Shown here piece after piece: positions 39,145 to 49,270 of a DNA stretch of 64,000 nt. Under the pieces are notes generated by a model, which was given only the letters and a program-made list of their open reading frames with translations, did no database searches and was not told the DNA's origin. The first letter of the stretch is position 1. Each line of letters begins with the position of its first letter. The stretch is taken from positions 94,714-158,713 of the forward strand of contig CAVRVU010000002.1 in the NCBI GenBank assembly GCA_963724745.1. The letters run 5' to 3'. The position numbers and the translations under genes are program-made. Source of the stretch: an uncultured Actinomycetes bacterium (GTDB taxonomy: Bacteria > Actinomycetota > Thermoleophilia > Solirubrobacterales > 70-9).

Positions 39145-40280
39145 CCCTCCTCCTCGAGAGGAAATGAGACGACAAAGGTGCTGCCCTGGCCGGGAACGCT
39201 CTCGACCGAGATCTCGCCGCCGTTGGCCTCGACGAAGCCCCGCGCGATCGAGAGGCCGAGGCCGGAGCCACCGCCACCATCGCGGCGGTAGAAGGGTTCG
39301 AAGATCCGCTCCCGCTCGGGCTCCGGGATTCCCGGGCCGCGATCGACGATCCGCACGACGAGGCGGCCGCCGACCTGACGAGAGCGGACCAGGACCGGCT
39401 GCCCGCCCCCATGGCGGACCGCGTTGGCGAAGAGGTTGGCGAAGGCGCGCTCGAGCTGAACCGGATCGGCGCTCAGCGCCGGGATCTCAGCATCGATCCC
39501 CAGCCTCACGGCACCGGCATCCCCGCCAAGCGACTCCCGTGCCGCCTCCAGCACCCCGGCAAGGTCGACGGGCTCCAACCGGGGCGGTGCCGAGCCAGAC
39601 TCCAGGCGCGAGACGTCGAGCAGGTTCTCGACCAGGCGCGAGAGCCGCTCCCCTTCCGCGACCACGCCCTTGCTCAGCTCGTGTCGCTCGTCCTCGGTCA
39701 GGGTCGGAGAGTCGAGCGCCGTGCCTGCGGCGATGATCGAGGTAAGCGGCGTCCGCAGATCATGCGAGACCGAGCGCAGCAGCGCCGTCTTCAGCTCGTC
39801 GCTGCGACGCAGTGCGCCCGCCTCGATCGCCTCACCCTCCATCCGGTCGCGCTCGGCCGTCAGCTGCCGCAACTGCGCCAGGACGACCTCCGCCTCCTCC
39901 CGCCGCTGCTCCGCTTCAGCAGCACGAGCCCGTGCAACCTCGGCCAACGAGCTGCTGGCCAGCGCGACGATCGCGAAGACGACAAGGGCGACCGCGTCCT
40001 TGTCCCCGGCAATCCCAAGCTCCCCGGTCGGCGGAATGTGGAACCAGTTGAAGGCGAGCGCGCTGGCGAGGGCCGAGACCAGCCCCAACCGCCATCCCCA
40101 TAGGGTCGAGATCAGGAGGACGCCGGGGATGTAGACGACCCCCAGCGACACGGCGGGAGCGACCGACTTCAACGGATAGATCAACAGAGTCGCCGCAGCC
40201 ACGACCCCCAACGTCGCCACCCACCCCCAGCCGGCAGCGGGGGTCTCGGCACCGAATCCGAACGGAAGGCGGCTGGCCAC
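39141..40280 (-). CDS. Histidine kinase resembling the C-terminal half of KdpD (DUF4118-type TM domain, HisKA, HATPase_c). It lacks the N-terminal Kdp sensor/Usp domains.
   Basis: TM block LLIYPLKSV...VVYIPGVLLISTLWGWRLGLVSALASALAFNWFHIPP. H-box SVSHDLRTPL. G-box GSGLGLSIARG. Confidence 0.75.
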   Translation of the reverse strand: MASRLPFGFGAETPAAGWGWVATLGVVAAATLLIYPLKSVAPAVSLGVVYIPGVLLISTLWGWRLGLVSALASALAFNWFHIPPTGELGIAGDKDAVALVVFAIVALASSSLAEVARARAAEAEQRREEAEVVLAQLRQLTAERDRMEGEAIEAGALRRSDELKTALLRSVSHDLRTPLTSIIAAGTALDSPTLTEDERHELSKGVVAEGERLSRLVENLLDVSRLESGSAPPRLEPVDLAGVLEAARESLGGDAGAVRLGIDAEIPALSADPVQLERAFANLFANAVRHGGGQPVLVRSRQVGGRLVVRIVDRGPGIPEPERERIFEPFYRRDGGGGSGLGLSIARGFVEANGGEISVESVPGQGSTFVVSFPLEEEG

Positions 40281-40309
40281 GGCGTCAGCGTAGTCCGCTC
40301 CGCGACTCC

Positions 40310-41308
40310 TTATCGGGCGAGGCTCCTACCGCAGTCGACGATCGTCTCCTCGACCGGGCGCGGCTCCCAGCCCAGCGCCCTCGCCTTCGCGTTGGAGAGC
40401 TCGACCCGCGAGCCGAGCTGGCCGACGACCGAGCGCGCGCCGGGGTCGAACAGCGCCATCCCCCGGACGAGGAAGTTGGGAATCGAGCGCTTCGGCACCT
40501 TCGCCGCCTCCGGCCCAAGGCGCTCGCGCAGGACCGCGGCGACGTCGGCCATCCACTGGAAGCGGGCGACCGCGAGGTAGCGCTCGCCGCCGGCCTCGGC
40601 AGCGGTCATCGCCAGGATGTGCAGATCGGCGACGTCGCGCACGTCGACGACGCTGAACCCGATCCGCGGAATCCCCGGCATGCCGTTCAGCAACCGCTCG
40701 ACAAGGGCCAGGGAGCTGGAGCTCTCGCCGCCGAGAACCGGGCCGAGGATCGCGCCGGGGTTGACCACCGCCAGCTTCTCCTCCACGCCACGCTCCCGCA
40801 CAAAGTCCCAGGCCGCCCGCTCGGCGATCGTCTTCGAACGCGCGTAAGGCGTCAGCTTGGGATAGCCGGGGTCCGTCCAATCAGCCTCGGTCAGAGGCGC
40901 CGAAGCGGACTCAACGCTTCCACGCACAGCCGCCACCGAGGAGGTGACGACGACCCGGCGGACCCCGGCGTCCAGGGCCGCCCGCAACACCCGCAGCGTT
41001 CCCTCCCGCGCCGGCACGATCAGCTCATCGGGGTCCTTAGGCTGAGCGGCCGGAAACGGCGAAGCGACATGCAGCACGTACTCGCAGCCGGCAACCGCCT
41101 CCGCCCACCCCTCATCGGAGCGCAGGTCCGCCGCCAACACCGCAAGCCGGTCGCCGGCCTCGACCTCGGACCCCACCCGCGCCCGCACCTCCTCTTCCTT
41201 GGCAAGGTCGCGCACCGTAGTCCGCACCCCATAGCCGCGACGCAGCAACTCAACCACGCACCGCCCACCAAGGAACCCCGACCCACCACTGACCAGGACC
41301 GTCTCCAT
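40310..41308 (-). CDS. NAD(P)-dependent epimerase/dehydratase-family (extended SDR, aldehyde/flavonol-reductase-like) oxidoreductase
   Basis: VLVSGGSGFLGGRCV Rossmann motif. YARSK catalytic motif. Confidence 0.8.
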   Translation of the reverse strand: METVLVSGGSGFLGGRCVVELLRRGYGVRTTVRDLAKEEEVRARVGSEVEAGDRLAVLAADLRSDEGWAEAVAGCEYVLHVASPFPAAQPKDPDELIVPAREGTLRVLRAALDAGVRRVVVTSSVAAVRGSVESASAPLTEADWTDPGYPKLTPYARSKTIAERAAWDFVRERGVEEKLAVVNPGAILGPVLGGESSSSLALVERLLNGMPGIPRIGFSVVDVRDVADLHILAMTAAEAGGERYLAVARFQWMADVAAVLRERLGPEAAKVPKRSIPNFLVRGMALFDPGARSVVGQLGSRVELSNAKARALGWEPRPVEETIVDCGRSLAR

Positions 41309-41349
41309 TGGAGACCACCGTACACCGTCACTCCTGCGCTGCAGCCGGT

Positions 41350-41742
41350 TTAAGTTGCCAGCGAAGAGGCCGCAACGACCGAGACGTCGTCGTGCGCGAT
41401 GGTCCCCTGCTTCTGCGCGCGAGCGGTGACCAGCAACGGCTTCCGGTCGGACGGAGAGACGTCGAGCACGAACTCGATCCCCAGTCGCCGCACAGCGTTG
41501 ATGATCGTGTCGATCTCAGGATTGTGCTCCCCGGACTCGAGCTTGACGATCCGCGGCTGAGACACTCCGAGCTTCCCAGCCAGCGCCCGCTGGCTCAGCT
41601 TGTGCTCTGCCCGGTACCGCAGAAGAGTCGCCGCGAACTCACGAGCCGGAGCGAGCCGCTGCCACTCTGCCTTGAAGCTGGGGTCCCTTAGCTGCTCTTC
41701 CGCAACCAGTGAGTCGAAGTTCTTCTTGCCAGTCCGCGCCAT
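41350..41742 (-). CDS. XRE-family HTH antitoxin (HigA-like)
   Basis: LLRYRAEHKLSQRALAGKLGVSQPRIVKLESGEHNPEIDTIINAVRRLG. Located directly downstream of a RelE/HigB-like ORF. Confidence 0.75.
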   Translation of the reverse strand: MARTGKKNFDSLVAEEQLRDPSFKAEWQRLAPAREFAATLLRYRAEHKLSQRALAGKLGVSQPRIVKLESGEHNPEIDTIINAVRRLGIEFVLDVSPSDRKPLLVTARAQKQGTIAHDDVSVVAASSLAT

Positions 41743-41775
41743 CGCCAGGAAATGATAATAGAAATGTTATCAATG

Positions 41776-42099
41776 TCAACGGCGAAGCTCGAAGCGCTGA
41801 GTGGCATTCGCAACCGCCCGGTCGAAGTTCTTCTTCTTGGCCGCGACGGCGAGAATGACGAACCGGTCGCCGATCCGTACATAGATCGGTCGCGCCTCGC
41901 AAGCTCCTTGCCTTGGCCGCAGCTCAAACAGATCTGCCTCGCCCTTCAGCGACTTCATATGCGGCGACGGCAGATCCGGCCCAAGATCCTTCAACTTCTG
42001 CACCACGTTGAAGACCGCCTTTCGATCCCCTCGCGACTTCACGTCCTCGATGTCAACGACGGCATCGCTGTCGAACTCGACTAGCCAGGTTCTCGCCAT
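41776..42099 (-). CDS. RelE/ParE-superfamily toxin (HigB / phage Gp49-like)
   Basis: 107 aa. ...PHMKSLKGEADLFELRPRQGACEARPIYVRIGDRFVILAV... is typical of the Gp49/HigB-like family. The order is toxin first, then antitoxin. Confidence 0.7.
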   Translation of the reverse strand: MARTWLVEFDSDAVVDIEDVKSRGDRKAVFNVVQKLKDLGPDLPSPHMKSLKGEADLFELRPRQGACEARPIYVRIGDRFVILAVAAKKKNFDRAVANATQRFELRR

Positions 42100-42320
42100 G
42101 AGAGCCGACGCTGAAGAATGTGCATTCCCCAGGCCGTCACCGGCTTCTAACTGGCTAGCTGCCGGGTTTAGTGCAGGGGTGGAGAATCAGGCGTTCATCC
42201 GAAATTGACTAGTGCCGCAGATCCAGCTCCCCGTTCAGGCGGTTGCTGCCTGACAAAAGCGGGGTCGGCCATGCCACCTCCACGGGACCCCAACCGCCCA
42301 CTGCCATCAACTTCAAGAGG

Positions 42321-42394
42321 GGTGGCTGACGGGATTCGAACCCGCGACCGCCGCGACCACAACGCGGAGCTCTACCAGCTGAGCTACAGCCACC
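42321..42394 (-). tRNA. tRNA-His (GTG)
   Basis: The reverse complement folds as G(-1) GTGGCTG TA GCTC AGCTGGTA GAGC T CCGCG TTGTGGT CGCGG CGGTC GCGGG TTCGAAT CCCGT CAGCCAC C. CCA is not encoded. Confidence 0.92.
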
Positions 42395-42461
42395 TCGCTA
42401 GACCCAATTTAGCTTGGCGGGCCGGTGGTTGGGAGCCAGGCGGGCGCCGGCGAAATGTCCG

Positions 42462-42863
42462 TCAAGCGTTCTCGGCCCCTGCTGCAGGCGCGTAACGATG
42501 GTGGATGGCCAGGGCATTGCCGTCCGGGTCGTTGAAGAAGGCCTGGTGGCAGACGCCGGAATCGAGGCTGTCCCCTTTGAACTCGACGCCGCGCGATCCC
42601 AGCTCCGCCTTGGCGGCCTCGAAGTCGTCGACGTGGAACTCGATCGGATGGTTGTTGGGGCGGAACTCGATGCCGAAGGCGTCCGACTGCATCAAGGCGA
42701 TCGTCAGGTTCCCGGTCTCGAACTCGCCCGCGGGCATGCTCCCCCAGCGCTTCGAGAACTCGAGGCCCAGCGTCTCGCCGTAGAACCTGGCGGCCCGCTC
42801 GTAATCCTGCGTCGCCACAGTGATGAAGTCGGTGCCGCTTATGACCTTGGTCTGAGTTGCCAT
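42462..42863 (-). CDS. VOC-family (glyoxalase/bleomycin-resistance/dioxygenase) protein
   Basis: 133 aa. FYGETLGLEF...IEFHVDDFEAAKAELGSRGVEF...FFNDPDGNALAIH. Confidence 0.8.
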   Translation of the reverse strand: MATQTKVISGTDFITVATQDYERAARFYGETLGLEFSKRWGSMPAGEFETGNLTIALMQSDAFGIEFRPNNHPIEFHVDDFEAAKAELGSRGVEFKGDSLDSGVCHQAFFNDPDGNALAIHHRYAPAAGAENA

Positions 42864-42938
42864 CTGGCTCCCTTCCTTGGTTTCCTTACTCGTCTCACTC
42901 GCTCCACGCTAACGGCTGAAGGAGTCGGCGGTGGACGC

Positions 42939-44327
42939 TCAGGCGCGGGAGCGGATGACTACGCGGGCGCCGTGGCGGGGGATCATCGTCACGTTGCGGT
43001 GGAGGGCTCGCTCGGGCTCGGGGTCGGCGGCTTCGAGGTCGAGGCGGCGGGCCATCGCTTCGAGGACCACGCGCTGCTCGGCCATCGCCAGCGCCGCGCC
43101 GAGGCAGCGGCGGATGCCGCCGCCGAAGGGGAGCCACTCGTAGGTCCCCGGCTTGCGGTCGAGCCAGCGCTCGGGGCGGAAGGCGAAGGGCTCCGGGTAG
43201 AGGTCCTCGCGGTGATGGAGGAGGAGGATGCTGATCAGGACCGGGGTGTCGGCCGGGACGGCGTAGTCGCCCAGCTGCCAGGGCAGCTTGACGCGACGGC
43301 CGACGATCGGCACCACGGGCCGCGAGCGCATCGTCTCGGTGATCGTCGCCTCGACCGCCTCCTCCGCCCCGTCGCCGGAGCGGACCGCCGCGACCAGGCG
43401 CGCGTGCGCATCGGGAGTGCGGACCAGGCGCTCCCAGGCCCAGGCGAGGGAGTTGGCGGTCGTCTCGTGGCCGGCCAGCACCAGGGTGATCAGCTCGTCG
43501 CGGATTTCGGCGTCGGTCAGCGGCTCGCCCTCCTCGCCGCGGGCCTGCAGCAACAGCGAGAGGATGTCGTGGCGCTCGCCCAGGTCCTCCCGCCGCCGCG
43601 TCGCGATCACCGCGTCCATGCGGCGATCGAGCAGCGCCCGCCCGAGGCGGGTGATGCCGACCGGCTCCTCGCGGCGGACGTTCATCAGCTCGGCGACCTG
43701 GGCGATCGGCTTGGTCGAGAGCCAGACCAGGCCCTTGATCGTCGAGCGCAGCCGCCCCTCGCTGCTCAGCGGCGCCGGCTGGCCGTCGATCCCGAAGATT
43801 CCGGCCATGATCACGTCGAGCGTGATCGCCTGCATGCGCGGGGCCAGCGCGAAGGGGCGGCCGACCGGCCAGCTGTCGATCTCCCGCTCGGCCGCCTCGG
43901 CGATCGCCGCCGTGTAGTGCTCGATCGCCTCGCCGTGGAACGGCGGCAGCAGCAGCTTGCGCTGGCGCATGTGGCGCTCGCCGAGCGAGGTCAGGACCGA
44001 GTCCGGCCCGACGATCGGCCGCAGCGGCGACTCGGCCGCCATCGACGGCGCCTCCTCGGGCTTCGCGGTGAAGAGCGAGCGGACGTCGTCGGGGAGGTTG
44101 GTGATCACCAGCGGCTGCGGCTCGGGCGTGCGAATGGCGAAGACGTCCCCCAGCCGCCGCCGGGCGCCGAAGACGAACTCGATCTGGCGCTGGTTGAAGC
44201 GCAGCAGCTGCGGCAGCGGCGCCAGCTGGACGAGCGGCGGCGCCGGCAGCGCGGCCGCGTCGGCCGGATCGAGGGAGCCGCCGCCGCGGGTCGCGGTCTC
44301 CTGCAGCGCGGTCTCCACGGCTGCCAC
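42939..44327 (-). CDS. Cytochrome P450
   Basis: Heme-binding loop FGGGIRRCLGAALA. I-helix LAGHETT. EXXR (ETMR). Confidence 0.9.
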   Translation of the reverse strand: MAAVETALQETATRGGGSLDPADAAALPAPPLVQLAPLPQLLRFNQRQIEFVFGARRRLGDVFAIRTPEPQPLVITNLPDDVRSLFTAKPEEAPSMAAESPLRPIVGPDSVLTSLGERHMRQRKLLLPPFHGEAIEHYTAAIAEAAEREIDSWPVGRPFALAPRMQAITLDVIMAGIFGIDGQPAPLSSEGRLRSTIKGLVWLSTKPIAQVAELMNVRREEPVGITRLGRALLDRRMDAVIATRRREDLGERHDILSLLLQARGEEGEPLTDAEIRDELITLVLAGHETTANSLAWAWERLVRTPDAHARLVAAVRSGDGAEEAVEATITETMRSRPVVPIVGRRVKLPWQLGDYAVPADTPVLISILLLHHREDLYPEPFAFRPERWLDRKPGTYEWLPFGGGIRRCLGAALAMAEQRVVLEAMARRLDLEAADPEPERALHRNVTMIPRHGARVVIRSRA

Positions 44328-44333
44328 CGGCTC

Positions 44334-45844
44334 CTAGGCGACGGCCGCTACGCCGTCGCTCTGCTCGTTCGGGGCGGCCTTGGCGGCCGGCCCGCGAGAG
44401 AAGGTGATCTCGTCGTCGATCGGGCCGTGCTTGAAGAGGCGGAGGTCGCGGGCGTAATTCTGGTGCAGGCGCCAGGGGTGGGTCTCGGCCTGCATCGGCA
44501 GCTGGTCGAGGGAGCGCAGGACATAGCCGGACTTGAGGTCGATGAAGGGTTCGCGGGCCAGGCCGGGGCCGGGATCGCGCGGCATCGCGACCTTGTAGCC
44601 GCGGGCGTCCATGTGGTTGAGCAGGCGGCACATGTACTGGGAGACGAGGTCGCACTTGAGGGTGAAGGAGGCGTTGGTGTAGCCGAGGGCGAGCGCCATG
44701 TTGGGCACCCCGCCGAACATCGCCCCCTTGTAGCCGACGAGGTTCTTGAACTCCTTGCGCTCGCCGTCGACCTTGATCTCGATCCCTCCGAGCACCAGCA
44801 AGTTGAGCCCGGTCGCGGTGATGATGATGTCGGCCTCGAGCTCGCGTCCCGAGGACAGCTTCAGCCCCTTCTCGGTGAAGGTCTCGATCGTGTCGGTGAC
44901 CACCTCGGCGCGCCCGGATCCCAGCGTCTTGAAGAGGTCGCCGCCCGGCACCAGGCAGACGCGCTCGTCCCAGGGGTCGTAGCGCGGTTCGAAGTCGCGG
45001 TCGACGTCGTAGCCCGCCGGCAGCTGGCGCTCCACCCCACGCCGGATCAGCTTCCGGGTGAAGCCCGGCGCCCGGCGCGAGAGCTGGTAGAAGGCCATCT
45101 GGGTGAGGACGTTCTTCCAGCGGGTGATCGCGTACTGGGCCTTGGCGGGCAGCACCCGACGCAGCGCCTTGGCAACCGGGTCCTGGGCGGGCAGGGTGAC
45201 CACGTACCCGGGGGAGCGCTGCAGCATCGTGATGTGCTCGGTCTCCGGCGCCATCGCCGGGATCAGCGTCACCGCGGTGGCGCCGCTGCCGATCACGACC
45301 ACGCGCTTGCCTTGGTAGTCGAGGTCCTCGGGCCAGTGCTGCGGGTGGACGATCTGCCCGCCGAAGCGCTCGCCGCCGGGGAACTCGGGCGTGTAGCCCT
45401 CGTCGTAGCGGTAGTAGCCGGTGCAGCCGTAGAAGAAGTCGCAGGTCAGCTCGACCGTCTCCCCCCGTGCTCGGCCCGCACGGTCCACAGCGCGTCCTCG
45501 CTCGACCACTCGGCGGAGACGACCTTGTGGCCGAAGCGGATCTTGTCCTCGACCCGGTACTCGCGCGCCGTCTCGCGGATGTAGTTGCGGATCTTCTCGC
45601 CGGCGGCGATCGAGTCCTGGTCGCGCCACGGCTTGAACGAGTACCCGAGCGTGTACATGTCCGAGTCCGACCGGATGCCGGGATAGCGGAAGAGGTCCCA
45701 GGTGCCGCCGATCGCCTCACGGGACTCGAGGATCGCGTACGTCTTTCCCGGGCAGTTCCGCTGCAGGTGGGCGCCGGCGCCGATGCCGGAGAGGCCGGCG
45801 CCGACGATCAGGACGTCGACATGCTCGCGGGATTGGTCTGACAT
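44334..45844 (-). pseudogene. Flavin-containing (Baeyer-Villiger type) monooxygenase, frameshifted as assembled at the C6 run 45461-45466
   Basis: N-terminal part VLIVGAGLSGIGAG...FRYPGIRSDSDMY is in ORF 45446..45844, ending ...RAEHGG. The continuation ETVELTCDFFYGCTGYY...VVVIGSGATAV is in ORF 44334..45629. Confidence 0.85.
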
Positions 45845-45859
45845 GGGGAGATCTCCTGG

Positions 45860-46654
45860 CTAACGGTTGAGGCGAGCGAGGAGATCGCTCGTCATCGGGG
45901 TTGATTTGAAGAGGCCGCGCCTGGCGCCGGCGCGCATCTGGCGGCGGATCCCCCGCTCGACCAGGCCTTTGGGGACGAAGCGGAGCGCCGCGTAGGCGCG
46001 AGCGGCGCGCCTGGTCGTCGCGAGATCGCGGGTGGGCTTGCCGTAGAGGGCGCGGACGATCGTCTCGACCGCCGCGCTCAGCGGCTCCGGCGGCACCATC
46101 CCCTCGAGGCCGATGCCGGCGCTCTGGCTGGCGTCGTGGATCGGGGTGCGGATGTAGCCGGGGTAGACGGTGGTGACTGTGATCTCGTCGCCGACCTCCG
46201 AGCGCAGTTGCTCGGAGTAGCCGACGACGCCGCGCTTGCTGGCGCCGTAGGCGGTGGCGAAGGGCACCGCGATGTGGGCGAGGCCGGAGGAGATGTTGAC
46301 GACGCGGCCGTGGGAGGTGCGCAGCGCCGGCAGCGCCGCGGCCGTCGCCCGCCAGGTGCCGAGCAGGTTGACGTCGATGACGCGGAGCGCGTCGGGGCCG
46401 GGCCGTTCGGCGGCGCTCTGCGGCAGGCCGATGCCGGCGCAGTTGACGAGCGCGTCGAGCCCGCCCCCCAGCCGCTTCACCGCGGCGGCAACGCCGGCGT
46501 CGACGGAAGACTGGTCGGTGACGTCGCAGACGACGATGTCGTCCTCGCCCTTGAGGTCGAGCCCGACGACCTCGGCGCCGCGCTCACGCAGCGCCTTGGC
46601 GGTCGCCTCGCCGATGCCGCTGGCGGCGCCGGTGATGATCACGCGCTTGCTCAC
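45860..46654 (-). CDS. Short-chain dehydrogenase/reductase (classical SDR)
   Basis: VIITGAASGIG. NISSGLAH...YGASK catalytic motif. Confidence 0.85.
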   Translation of the reverse strand: MSKRVIITGAASGIGEATAKALRERGAEVVGLDLKGEDDIVVCDVTDQSSVDAGVAAAVKRLGGGLDALVNCAGIGLPQSAAERPGPDALRVIDVNLLGTWRATAAALPALRTSHGRVVNISSGLAHIAVPFATAYGASKRGVVGYSEQLRSEVGDEITVTTVYPGYIRTPIHDASQSAGIGLEGMVPPEPLSAAVETIVRALYGKPTRDLATTRRAARAYAALRFVPKGLVERGIRRQMRAGARRGLFKSTPMTSDLLARLNR

Positions 46655-46731
46655 GGGGCGAACTGTATCAACACGGTGTCGATTGCGTCAACAACTTGTC
46701 GATTCTCTCAACGCAGTGTATCGTGAGGCGT

Positions 46732-47403
46732 ATGGCAGCCGCTCCCGAAGCCAAGCCGGCTCCCGCCGCCGCTCCCAAAGGCCGCGGCCGCCGCGCGACC
46801 CGCGCCAGCGGCGACGACCGCGAGCGGGCGATCCTGGAGACCGCCGAACGGCTGCTCGAGGACCGGCCGCTGAGCGAGATCTCCGTCGACGACCTCGCCA
46901 AGGGCGCCGGCATCTCCCGTCCCACCTTCTACTTCTACTTCCCCTCCAAGGACGCGGTGGTGCTGACGATCGTCGACCGTCTCGTCGCCGCCGCGGCCGG
47001 CAGCCGCGAAGAGGCACTCGCCACCCTGGCGCAGGGAGACCCGCGCGCCGGCCTGCGCCGGGCGCTCGAGGATCTCTACGGCGCCTTCCGCTCGCGCCGG
47101 ACGGTTGCGCTGGCGGCAGCCGAATTGCGGCCGACCAACTCCGAAGCCCGCGGTCTCTGGGGGCAGGTGATGGAGGGCTGGGTCACCGACGCCACCGCGG
47201 TGATCGAGGCCGAGCGCGCCCGCGGCGCCGCCCCTCCCGGTCAGCCGGCCCGTGACCTGGCGATCGCCCTGGTGCAGATGAACGAGCGGGTCCAGTACGC
47301 GACCTTCGCCGGCGAGTCCCCATCACTGGAGGACGAGCGGGTGCTCGATGTCCTCGTGGACATTTGGCTGCGCGCGATTTACGGCACTCCAGAGCCCGGT
47401 TAG
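46732..47403 (+). CDS. TetR/AcrR-family transcriptional regulator
   Basis: ILETAERLLEDRPLSEISVDDLAKGAGISRPTFYFYFPSKDAV. The ATG at 46732 is preferred over the upstream alternative start at 46696. Confidence 0.85.
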   Translation: MAAAPEAKPAPAAAPKGRGRRATRASGDDRERAILETAERLLEDRPLSEISVDDLAKGAGISRPTFYFYFPSKDAVVLTIVDRLVAAAAGSREEALATLAQGDPRAGLRRALEDLYGAFRSRRTVALAAAELRPTNSEARGLWGQVMEGWVTDATAVIEAERARGAAPPGQPARDLAIALVQMNERVQYATFAGESPSLEDERVLDVLVDIWLRAIYGTPEPG

Positions 47404-47548
47404 TCGCCGGTTCCCGGGGTATTTGCGGCATACAGCGCCGACCCGGATCCCAGCGGCTTTCACCGGAGGCTTCCCCCAGCAAGATCCGGTTCCCGCTGGG
47501 TTTGACGACCAACCGCCACGGCGGAGAGGCGTCCGGGCCGGTGCTTAC

Positions 47549-48517
47549 TCAATCGGGAGTCGAGCCCCCGCTGCGCAGCGCGGGGGCGATCTCCCGCCCC
47601 ATCAGCGCGACCGCGTCGAGGTCGCGGTGGAGCAGGTGCTGTCCCATGATCCGGGCGAGGCCCGCCGCCTCGAGCTCGCGCAGCTGCTCGATCGCCTCCT
47701 CGGCGGTGCCGCAGACCGTGCTCTCGCGCAGGCCGGCGATGAACGCCTCGCCGTCGTCGCTCTCGCCTTTCCACCGGGCCAGATGCGAGGCGCGGCGCAG
47801 CAGGTCGTCGCGATCGGCGCCGACCAGCCAGCCGGTCATCATCGAGAGCGGCAGGGTCGCCGGGTCGCGCCCATCCTTTTCACAGGCCTCGTCGAGGCGG
47901 CGGCGGAGGTCGGCGATCTCCTCGGCGGTCGCCATCACCGTGTTGTACTCGTCGGCCCAGCGGACCCCCAGCCGCAGGCTCCGCGGCCCGCCTTTGGCGC
48001 CGAGGATCAGCGGCAGCGGCTGCTGCACCGGCTTCGGCCGCGCGTCCAGTTCGCGCGCCGAGTAGTGCTCCCCGTCGAAGTCGAAACGGCCCTCGCCCCA
48101 GTGGCCGCGGACGATCTGCATCTGCTCTTCCAGCGCCTCCATCCGCGGCCCGATCGGCGGCAGCTCGAAGCCGTAGAGCTCGTGCTCGCGCTCCCACCAG
48201 CCGGCGCCGATCCCGACTTCCACCCGGCCACCGGAGACGTGGTCGGCGGTGACCGCCGCCTTCGCCAGCACGGCGGGGTGGCGGAAGGTCGCCGGCGAGA
48301 CCATCGTCCCCAGCCGCAGCTTCCGAGTGACGGCGCCGAGCGCGGCGATCGTCCCCCAGGCGTCGAGCGAGCCGCGCTCGCGCCTGTCGTCGACCGAGAG
48401 GTAGTGGTCGGAGCGGAACATCGTCCCAACCGCGTGCTCTTCGCAGGCGGCGGCGAGCGCCAGCCAGTCCTCCCAGGTCACGTCCTCCTGGCCCTCGACC
48501 ATCAGGCAGATCTCCAT
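47549..48517 (-). CDS. Luciferase-like monooxygenase (LLM-class, probably F420-dependent oxidoreductase)
   Basis: FRSDHYL...LGTMVSPATFRHPAVLAKAAVTADHVSGGRVEVGIGAGW. Confidence 0.8.
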   Translation of the reverse strand: MEICLMVEGQEDVTWEDWLALAAACEEHAVGTMFRSDHYLSVDDRRERGSLDAWGTIAALGAVTRKLRLGTMVSPATFRHPAVLAKAAVTADHVSGGRVEVGIGAGWWEREHELYGFELPPIGPRMEALEEQMQIVRGHWGEGRFDFDGEHYSARELDARPKPVQQPLPLILGAKGGPRSLRLGVRWADEYNTVMATAEEIADLRRRLDEACEKDGRDPATLPLSMMTGWLVGADRDDLLRRASHLARWKGESDDGEAFIAGLRESTVCGTAEEAIEQLRELEAAGLARIMGQHLLHRDLDAVALMGREIAPALRSGGSTPD

Positions 48518-48526
48518 GGCGCCTTC

Positions 48527-49244
48527 CTACCCGCCGGCGACGATTTCAGCGAACGCAGCGAAGCCCGGCGCGGTCCGCTGGGTCAGGGTCGCCTCCAGCT
48601 CACTCGCGCGCTTCGGCAAGGCGTGGGTCCCTTCCTCGCCCAGCGCCGCCACGGCCTCCGTGACCATCGTCGGTACCTCCAACCAAGCCTCGACCAGGGC
48701 GTAGTCGGCCTCGGGGTGGAAGAGAACGCCCCAGGCGTTGCCGGTGCGGAAGGCCTGGCACGGCGTCCGCTCGGAGGAGGCGAGGTGCTCGGCGCCGTCG
48801 GGCAGGTCGAAGAGGTCGCCGTGCCAGTGGAGAACCTCGACTCTGGGGAGCGAGTCCGCCGAGCAGTGGATCGGCGGGGTTGACGACGTCGACCGGAGCG
48901 AAGCCGACCTCCGGTCCGTCCCCCGCCCGCACCTCGGCCCCGAGGGCCCGTGCCAGCACCTGCGCGCCGAGGCAGATGCCGAGCACCGGCATCCCTCGCT
49001 CCACCGCCTCGGCCAGCCACTCACGCTCGGCGGTGAGCGCCGGGAAGCGCTCCACTTCGTCGACGTTCATCGGCCCGCCCATGAACACGGCGCCGGCGAC
49101 CCCGTCGTGGCCGGGTAACGGCTGGCCCGCGAGCGGTTTCACCGTCTGCACGCGTAGCGCCCCACAGGCATCGAGGATCCGGTGCGGCCCCTCCCACGGC
49201 ACGTGCTGAACCGCCAGCAGGGTCGGACGCTCGTCCAGGCTCAT
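48527..49244 (-). pseudogene. Class I glutamine amidotransferase-like protein, frameshifted as assembled at the G4 run 48845-48848
   Basis: N-terminal part ...MPVLGICLGAQVLARALGA (nucleophile elbow) is in ORF 48600..49244. The continuation RVEVLHWHGDLFDLP...VLFHPE is in ORF 48527..49024. Confidence 0.8.
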
Positions 49245-49270
49245 CGGGGCGTCAGGCTAGCCTGAGCGGG

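Noticed and set aside
42414-45720. 1056-aa plus-strand and 941-aa minus-strand ORFs spanning the P450/FMO region
   Set aside because: They are high-G+C shadow frames. The P450 (FGGGIRRCLG) and FMO (GAGLSG, GSGATA) frames explain the region.
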